28,685 bases of DNA from the IMG/VR virus record IMGVR_UViG_3300027283_000007, positions 1-28,685 of that record. One strand, 5' to 3'. Below the pieces are notes generated by a model, which saw nothing but the letters and a program-made list of their open reading frames with translations, did not search any database and had not been told where the DNA came from. Positions within the stretch are counted from its first letter, which is position 1; every line of letters begins with the position of its first letter. This document shows positions 23,846 through 28,685 of this stretch, piece after piece. The position numbers and the translations under genes were made by a program. This stretch comes from a virus. Taxonomy: Duplodnaviria > Caudoviricetes.

Positions 23846-24029
23846 GGGCCATCCTCTTTTGAATCAACACCTCAAGATAATTGACCAGATCCATCGCCTC
23901 TTCTTGTGCATGTATCAGCCAGTCCAGTTCCGTTAAATCCGTGCGCTCCAGCGTTGTGCCGTACTTTGCCAATCCGACAGCGGCCCGGGCCCTGATCTTG
24001 CGGCAGACTTCATCTTCAACTTTGCTCAT
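23835..24029 (-). CDS. Small all-alpha protein, MazG/NTP-pyrophosphatase-like
   Basis: R..VGLAKYGTTL...WLIHAQEEAMD...Y carries an EExxD acidic motif. Confidence 0.6.
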   Translation of the reverse strand: MSKVEDEVCRKIRARAAVGLAKYGTTLERTDLTELDWLIHAQEEAMDLVNYLEVLIQKRMARDW

Positions 24030-24195
24030 CGATCACCCTCCACCATCCAGAGCAAATCACTTCTTTTCCGTCGCCGGCCGGTACATAACTAAATTTTTGA
24101 ACACTGACAGTCGATTTAGTCGGCTCCTGTCCTCGCCTGCATTGGTGCCTCACCGGGCATTTTTTGTTTGCGCAAAACGTAATATCGTTATTCAC
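24016..24195 (-). CDS. Small Cys-rich protein (59 aa)
   Basis: GTG start: MNNDITFCANKKCPVRHQCRR...ICSGWW; overlaps the upstream stop. Confidence 0.6.
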   Translation of the reverse strand: MNNDITFCANKKCPVRHQCRRGQEPTKSTVSVQKFSYVPAGDGKEVICSGWWRVIDEQS

Positions 24196-24311
24196 CTCTC
24201 ACCCTCCAGCGCAGCTAAAACATCATGGCTCGCCGCGCCGACCAGTAGCAGCAGCGCTAAAACTGCTATGGCCATGATGGCGGCGGTTCTTGCTATTGCG
24301 TTAAAAGCCAT
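24192..24311 (-). CDS. Small membrane peptide (39 aa)
   Basis: MAFNAIARTAAIMAIAVLALLLLVGAASHDVLAALEGER. Confidence 0.5.
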   Translation of the reverse strand: MAFNAIARTAAIMAIAVLALLLLVGAASHDVLAALEGER

Positions 24312-24318
24312 TGTCGCC

Positions 24319-24519
24319 TTATTCAAAACTACGCATTGCTACCACGCGGCTGATAGAATCCTCTTCATCCATTGCTGTGCTTATCACTTTTCTAGCCAGT
24401 GCAGGAATATCGTCAGCATCGGTTCCAGGCAGTTCTTGCTTTATCAATGTAGCTGCTTGATCATACGCTGATTCATAACCTAATTGCTTTGCTGTTAATT
24501 CTAATTGTTGTCTGCTCAT
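24319..24519 (-). CDS. Hypothetical protein (66 aa)
   Basis: Start MSRQQLEL at 24519 with GGAG upstream. Confidence 0.6.
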   Translation of the reverse strand: MSRQQLELTAKQLGYESAYDQAATLIKQELPGTDADDIPALARKVISTAMDEEDSISRVVAMRSFE

Positions 24520-24532
24520 CTTCGTTCTCCGA

Positions 24533-24718
24533 TTAATTATTCCAGTTATAATAATTCCGCAGTGCCCGTTCAATCTGGTCCGACTGCGATTCACCAGACT
24601 CCTTTAGCCGATCGATCAAATCAGTCGGCAGGCGAGTAGATAGCATTTTGCGTCTCATCGGGCCTTTCGGTTTAGCGCCTGCTCCTGCCCTGGCGCCGCC
24701 GCGTTTTGATTTAGCCAT
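24533..24718 (-). CDS. Ribbon-helix-helix-like regulator with an RGGAR.GAG N-terminal arm
   Basis: MAKSKRGGARAGAGAKPK followed by MLSTRLPTDLIDRL...SQSDQIERAL. Confidence 0.75.
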   Translation of the reverse strand: MAKSKRGGARAGAGAKPKGPMRRKMLSTRLPTDLIDRLKESGESQSDQIERALRNYYNWNN

Positions 24719-24883
24719 TTAATCAATCCAATAGTAATTCCCATTTTCTACTACTATAGCTCCGCTTAATCCTGCATCAAGAACTGGATCTACTCCAATA
24801 ATAACCCCAACAGTAAGGTTATTATATAAAAGGACGGTATATCCGGTTACCCCGTCTATTTTTTTTGTTAATAATTTTTTCAT
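24719..24883 (-). CDS. AT-rich small ORF (54 aa)
   Basis: Not in the track: MKKLLTKKIDGVTGYTVLLYNNLTVGVIIGVDPVLDAGLSGAIVVENGNYYWID; AGGAG RBS; the stop abuts the RHH start. Confidence 0.65.
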   Translation of the reverse strand: MKKLLTKKIDGVTGYTVLLYNNLTVGVIIGVDPVLDAGLSGAIVVENGNYYWID

Positions 24884-24926
24884 TTCGTATCTCCTAAATG
24901 GCTTGAGAAATTCAAACCGTGAACAT

Positions 24927-24955
24927 AGTATTTCATGCCTGTTAGATTATGTCAA
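24927..24955 (-). promoter_or_regulatory. Sigma70-type promoter of the small-ORF/RHH operon
   Basis: TTGACA-N17-AATACT with a TG extension. Confidence 0.65.
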
Positions 24956-24978
24956 TACTCTTTTCATACACAGATGAA

Positions 24979-25416
24979 TTATTTTCCTCTCATGCCAAAG
25001 CACATCATCGCCGCATCTCGGCTGTGCGAATTCGTCACGCCTTGCCAGCCGGTGACGCGCTTGAAATAAGCGGCGTCAACCTTGCCACGTGGATGCTGCT
25101 TGATTACTCGTATGCCATGATTCTCCAGATATTCGACAATCAGTTCAGCTTTGTCAATTACAGTGCCTACATTAACCGCGGTCCGGTCCTTAGCTCCTGG
25201 TGTCTTAGCCTTTTTGTGCCAAACTGCCTTGGTCGTCGGCAATTCAACAACAGCGGCCAACTCATACTTACCCGGCATCGAATGCGCTATCAGTACATCA
25301 ATTGCAGCGATAGCGCCCCAGAATGTCGTTGAGTAGACGTTATCAAACTGGCCAGTGTCTGTGTCGTAGATTGCGAGGCCGGTTGATTTGCCGGCGTCTA
25401 TGCCAATCACTTTCAT
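24979..25416 (-). CDS. RuvC/RNase H-fold nuclease (Holliday junction resolvase-like)
   Basis: MKVIGIDAGKSTGLA, VVE and HSRDAA acidic catalytic pattern. Confidence 0.75.
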   Translation of the reverse strand: MKVIGIDAGKSTGLAIYDTDTGQFDNVYSTTFWGAIAAIDVLIAHSMPGKYELAAVVELPTTKAVWHKKAKTPGAKDRTAVNVGTVIDKAELIVEYLENHGIRVIKQHPRGKVDAAYFKRVTGWQGVTNSHSRDAAMMCFGMRGK

Positions 25417-26045
25417 AGCGACCTGCCTATAACTCTGACTGGAGTTGTCATTGTTTTTTCAATACTCCAACCGTATTTTAATCTGGCTAACAATGTATCT
25501 GGATCAACGCCTAACTCGCTTGCCCATGCCGAAACACATTGAACTTTTCCATTAAACTCGATATTCCTTGTTCTGGTAGTGTTTCGCATCTGCTCTTGAC
25601 GGCTCGCCCACTTGCAATTACCTGGCTCATAGTTTTTGTCGTTATCAATTCTTTCGATAGACATTCCGACTTCGCTTTCGCCCATGTCACTTAAAAAGTT
25701 ATCAAAATTATGCCAACGTTCACAAACCATAATCCCCCTTCCTCCATACGTTTTATAGCGCTTATTATTCTTGTTATAACACCGCTTCTTCATATCCTCC
25801 CATGCTCTATAAGTCTTAGTTCCAGTCATTCCATGAGTTTTTCTTCTCCTACTGGCGCCCTCTCTTTGAAAGCATCCGCATGACGATGTATTTCCACTTC
25901 TTAAATCATAACCAATGACAATTTTTCTATTTCCACAATCGCAAACACAATCCCATGTAACAGAATTTTTTCTAGTCCTTCCATGTTCAGAAACAACTGT
26001 CAACCTTCCAAACTTCTTTCCTGTTAAATCTATTTTTGCACGCAT
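25413..26045 (-). CDS. HNH homing endonuclease (IDLTG-FGRLTV type)
   Basis: CVCDCG, SCGC, YGGRGI.VCERW and SIERIDNDKNYEPGNCKWA..EQ..N motifs; AT-rich. Confidence 0.85.
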   Translation of the reverse strand: MRAKIDLTGKKFGRLTVVSEHGRTRKNSVTWDCVCDCGNRKIVIGYDLRSGNTSSCGCFQREGASRRRKTHGMTGTKTYRAWEDMKKRCYNKNNKRYKTYGGRGIMVCERWHNFDNFLSDMGESEVGMSIERIDNDKNYEPGNCKWASRQEQMRNTTRTRNIEFNGKVQCVSAWASELGVDPDTLLARLKYGWSIEKTMTTPVRVIGRSL

Positions 26046-26057
26046 GATTAATCCCTC

Positions 26058-26516
26058 CTAGAACGAGATATCGTCATCAAAATCGTCATAATCAGGCGGC
26101 TGCGAACTGTTCTCCCGTGCTGGCTGTTGCGCCGACTGCTGCCCATACGCTGCCGCCTGCTGCTGCGCTTTAGCCTCATTGCCGCCGCTGCGCTGACCGC
26201 AAAACTCAAAATTGTCGATTACAATTTCGGTTGCCCAGTGCTTGACGCCGTCTTTTTCGTATTCACGAGTGCGCATCTTGCCTGAAATGTAAATCTGACT
26301 GCCCTTTTTGAAATACTCGCCAATTACCTCGGCGCGCCGCCCAAATGCTACCGCGCGTATCCATTCTGTATTTTCTTTGATTTCGCCGGACTCTTTATCT
26401 TTCCAGCGTTCGCCGCAGGCAATAGAAAGATTCGCCACCGCCCGACCATCAGGAAGATAGCGAATATCTGGATCTTGCCCAAGATTACCCATGCATTGCA
26501 TTAAATTCAGTGCCAT
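26058..26516 (-). CDS. ssb: Single-stranded DNA-binding protein
   Basis: GNLGQDP, TEW and KGSQIYISG motifs, with an acidic DFDDDISF tail. Confidence 0.95.
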   Translation of the reverse strand: MALNLMQCMGNLGQDPDIRYLPDGRAVANLSIACGERWKDKESGEIKENTEWIRAVAFGRRAEVIGEYFKKGSQIYISGKMRTREYEKDGVKHWATEIVIDNFEFCGQRSGGNEAKAQQQAAAYGQQSAQQPARENSSQPPDYDDFDDDISF

Positions 26517-26541
26517 TTGTATTTATCCTGTTGTTTGAAAA

Positions 26542-26841
26542 TCATTTAACTACCAGCACACCCGCCAATACCGCCCGCTCGATCATAAGCAAGGCGTGCC
26601 GCTGCTGGTCTATCATGTTCTGGTTCTGATGGATCAATCCGTGGCACTTCCTGCAAGTGGGTATGCAAAAAATATCACTGATCTTTGTCCCCATGCCGCC
26701 GCCCAATGATTGCCCTATCACATGATGCGCATCCATGCCGTTGACGTGCGCCGGAATGCCGCAATTAATACAGGCGTGTTCGCGGACGAATGCGAGGTAT
26801 TTTTCAGAGCGCCAGGGTTTTTGTTTGAAAAATGGAGTCAT
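26542..26841 (-). CDS. DUF968-like Zn-binding HNH-type protein
   Basis: WRSEKYL.FV...CINCG...DAHH...GMGTK.SD...IP.CRKCH. Confidence 0.75.
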   Translation of the reverse strand: MTPFFKQKPWRSEKYLAFVREHACINCGIPAHVNGMDAHHVIGQSLGGGMGTKISDIFCIPTCRKCHGLIHQNQNMIDQQRHALLMIERAVLAGVLVVK

Positions 26842-26843
26842 GG

Positions 26844-27506
26844 CTAGTGACTCAGTTTAAGCGTTGCCCGATCTCTCAATATCTCTTTCCGTTTTTGATA
26901 CGGGATATCCTGAGCAATCAAAGTGGCGTTATATCTTTGCAGGTCGCCAACAAGCTTTAAATCCGATGCCGATAACGCGTCTCGATTAAGTCCTTCGAAT
27001 CGACCAGACAAAACTGAATTCACTAAACGCGCTTCATTTGAATAGTGGAATGATTTCGTCTCTTTGCCCGATGCTTCGCGCTGCTCTTTTAGCGTGTCCG
27101 CCATCCATTTGAAGCCGACTTTTGTTTCGCCCCTGATGGCCTTCCAATCTGGATCTTTCTTTTGTTCTTCCGCACGATGATATGCAAGATAAGCATCGAC
27201 AAGCTTCATCTGGCCATCCATTGCTTTCTTTCCGCCCAAGAAAGGCATAACGATTAATGCCGCTCTTTCCTCAAGCCAATAAAGCGGCCTTTCCTTTCCT
27301 TGATTATCCTTGTAGGTCTCCGCAAATACGTGGACACCTAATTGCTCAATGACAACTTGACGAATACTTCTTAATACGCTGTCATGTCGTCGACCAAATA
27401 ACTCAGCAATAACCAAGCTTGAAACCATTGGTTTGTTATGCTTGATCTCTACCAAATCGGCGTGTTCTATATTTTTTGATGGTACTTTGATATGATTCTT
27501 TGGCAT
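26844..27506 (-). CDS. rha: Rha family phage regulatory protein
   Basis: VSSLVIAELFGRRHDSVLRSI and YKDNQGKERP motifs. Confidence 0.85.
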   Translation of the reverse strand: MPKNHIKVPSKNIEHADLVEIKHNKPMVSSLVIAELFGRRHDSVLRSIRQVVIEQLGVHVFAETYKDNQGKERPLYWLEERAALIVMPFLGGKKAMDGQMKLVDAYLAYHRAEEQKKDPDWKAIRGETKVGFKWMADTLKEQREASGKETKSFHYSNEARLVNSVLSGRFEGLNRDALSASDLKLVGDLQRYNATLIAQDIPYQKRKEILRDRATLKLSH

Positions 27507-27586
27507 TTTGTTACCTCTGTACTAGGTTATGAAGTGTAGTACCGGGACAGCTTCCAACAGCTTTCCCGGTGCGTCCAATTATAGCA
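27507..27586 (-). promoter_or_regulatory. Extended -10 promoter and hairpin leader of rha
   Basis: TG-C-TATAAT (27586-27578); hairpin ACCGGGA-A-AGCT-GTTGGA-AGCT-G-TCCCGGT; ACCT/AGGT pairing over the RBS. Confidence 0.6.
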
Positions 27587-27623
27587 GAAAATGAGCTTAA
27601 AGTCTTATTTTTCATAGACTTTT

Positions 27624-28142
27624 TCATGATTTTTCGGCGCATTTTTCCCGCTCCTTAATGCGCACATAGTGGCCATTAATCCCGCTCTTAATCAGCATGG
27701 CATCGTCATGCTCTCCATAAGCGACCAAACAGCTTGGAGCGCCCGCATTACTGTCCGCCCGGCTTCCATCTGGCAAATGAAAATAAAGCCTCCCCTCCAA
27801 AAACAAAACGCTGGTCGCCTTTCTCCATACCGTCTCAAAAAACCATGCCGTCTCAGTTCTTGCAAAGACTAAAGCCGTTCCCTGCCCATGATCGGCTAAT
27901 TTTCTAAGCCATTTCACGGCCTCTTTGCTGTACGGAGGATTTAACCAAACGCGGCCTTCCCATTCCTGTGAAAGCCCATCATCAACTTTCGAATAGTACT
28001 TTGCCGCAGTTGGCCAGGGCATAACTGGCGGGCAACACGGGTCCAAATCAAAATCGCCCAACGCCTTGATAATTTCCGGCGGCGTTAGCCATGTATCAGA
28101 TTTCATTCTGGCCGACTGGTGGCCGCTCATTCCTTTACTCAT
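27624..28142 (-). CDS. Phage DNA N6-adenine methyltransferase (Dam-like)
   Basis: W.TP, FDLDPC, DGL...W and VWLNPPY motifs; likely start MSKG at 28142. Confidence 0.88.
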   Translation of the reverse strand: MSKGMSGHQSARMKSDTWLTPPEIIKALGDFDLDPCCPPVMPWPTAAKYYSKVDDGLSQEWEGRVWLNPPYSKEAVKWLRKLADHGQGTALVFARTETAWFFETVWRKATSVLFLEGRLYFHLPDGSRADSNAGAPSCLVAYGEHDDAMLIKSGINGHYVRIKEREKCAEKS

Positions 28143-28560
28143 CACCAATACCCATTTCTTCCGCATACCGCTTCGATACCGGCACCTTGACGCCCTTCTC
28201 CGCTGCCGCCCAATTCAAAAATGCGATCCACTCGGGCCATTCTTCTTTCGTAAATTCCCGCGTTCGGTGTCCCAGCATCACAACACCGCCGTCGAAGCCT
28301 TGTGCAATGCGTGTCATTTCCTGCCGGTATGCTGCCGTCAGGATGTCTTTCCAGTCCTCCGCGCCGATGTATTGCATTGCTCCGTTGATTGGCCATTGCA
28401 ATTGCTTTGCAAATGCGGCCAGAATTTGCCACTGAGCGCGATTTTGAGCAATAGTCCTGGTGTCGGCCTTAATCTCGACTAAAAACCCGTCAGGGGCGCT
28501 CAGAATCGCCTGAATGACGTGTTCGCGTGACTGCGTGAGCTTGTAGGTTTGTTTTTTCAT
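28135..28560 (-). CDS. ninB: NinB family recombination protein
   Basis: RT.AQN...W, EDWKD and G.RT..F motifs; likely start MKKQTY at 28560. Confidence 0.85.
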   Translation of the reverse strand: MKKQTYKLTQSREHVIQAILSAPDGFLVEIKADTRTIAQNRAQWQILAAFAKQLQWPINGAMQYIGAEDWKDILTAAYRQEMTRIAQGFDGGVVMLGHRTREFTKEEWPEWIAFLNWAAAEKGVKVPVSKRYAEEMGIGDE

Positions 28561-28685
28561 TATTCCCCCATCGCATCCGAACTGCACCGCTCCGGATGCG
28601 CTGCAAACGCCGTGCACGGATCGCGGCTCATGATTAGCACGTTGGCGTAGATGAATATCGCCACGGTCAGTAGTGTGTAGGTGAT
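28560..28685 (-). CDS. 3' end of a small membrane protein (truncated by the window)
   Basis: ...ITYTLLTVAIFIYANVLIMSRDPCTAFAAHPERCSSDAMGE*; its TAA overlaps the ninB ATG. Confidence 0.45.
   Translation of the reverse strand: MTYTLLTVAIFIYANVLIMSRDPCTAFAAHPERCSSDAMGE

Noticed and set aside
1362-28482. Numerous plus-strand and alternate-frame ORFs of 60-196 aa
   Set aside because: They overlap well-supported minus-strand genes and show no recognisable motifs; only 14832-15209 is accepted on the plus strand.
28572-28600. Inverted repeat CGCATCCG/CGGATGCG upstream of ninB
   Set aside because: It lies within a coding frame and has no U-tract, so a terminator call is unsupported.
1-28685. CRISPR array, DGR/retron reverse transcriptase, integrase, IS element, rRNA
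   Set aside because: I saw no regularly spaced repeats and no RT, transposase or recombinase motifs in the window.

Overview
This window is a 28.7-kb segment of a tailed, contractile-tail (myovirus-type) phage or prophage, with nearly all genes on the minus strand. Read from right to left, it has four parts. (1) A lambdoid nin-like region: ninB, an adenine methyltransferase, rha, a DUF968-like HNH protein, ssb, an HNH endonuclease, a RuvC-like nuclease, a small promoter-driven operon with an RHH regulator, and several small ORFs. (2) A GH108 endolysin, a Q-like antiterminator with a pR'/tR'-like promoter-terminator pair, and holin-like genes. (3) Packaging and head genes: terS, a GIY-YIG endonuclease, terL, a DUF1073 portal, muF, DUF2213, a decoration protein and a DUF2184 major capsid protein. 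(4) Neck and tail genes: neck proteins, an HNH cassette, sheath, tube, a frameshifted chaperone, a tape measure protein with a lysozyme domain, and baseplate genes. Three signals stand out. (a) The portal carries a low-GC C-terminal cargo with an embedded sigma70 promoter and palindromic operator, opening an acr-aca-like mini-operon that includes an unannotated 52-aa acidic ORF and an HTH gene. (b) The same structured RNA leader precedes two unrelated homing endonucleases, and its loop co-varies with two downstream target sites. (c) An A-x-D motif recurs at domain boundaries of head proteins and is a candidate maturation-protease site. All family calls come from motif recognition by eye; no database searches were run.
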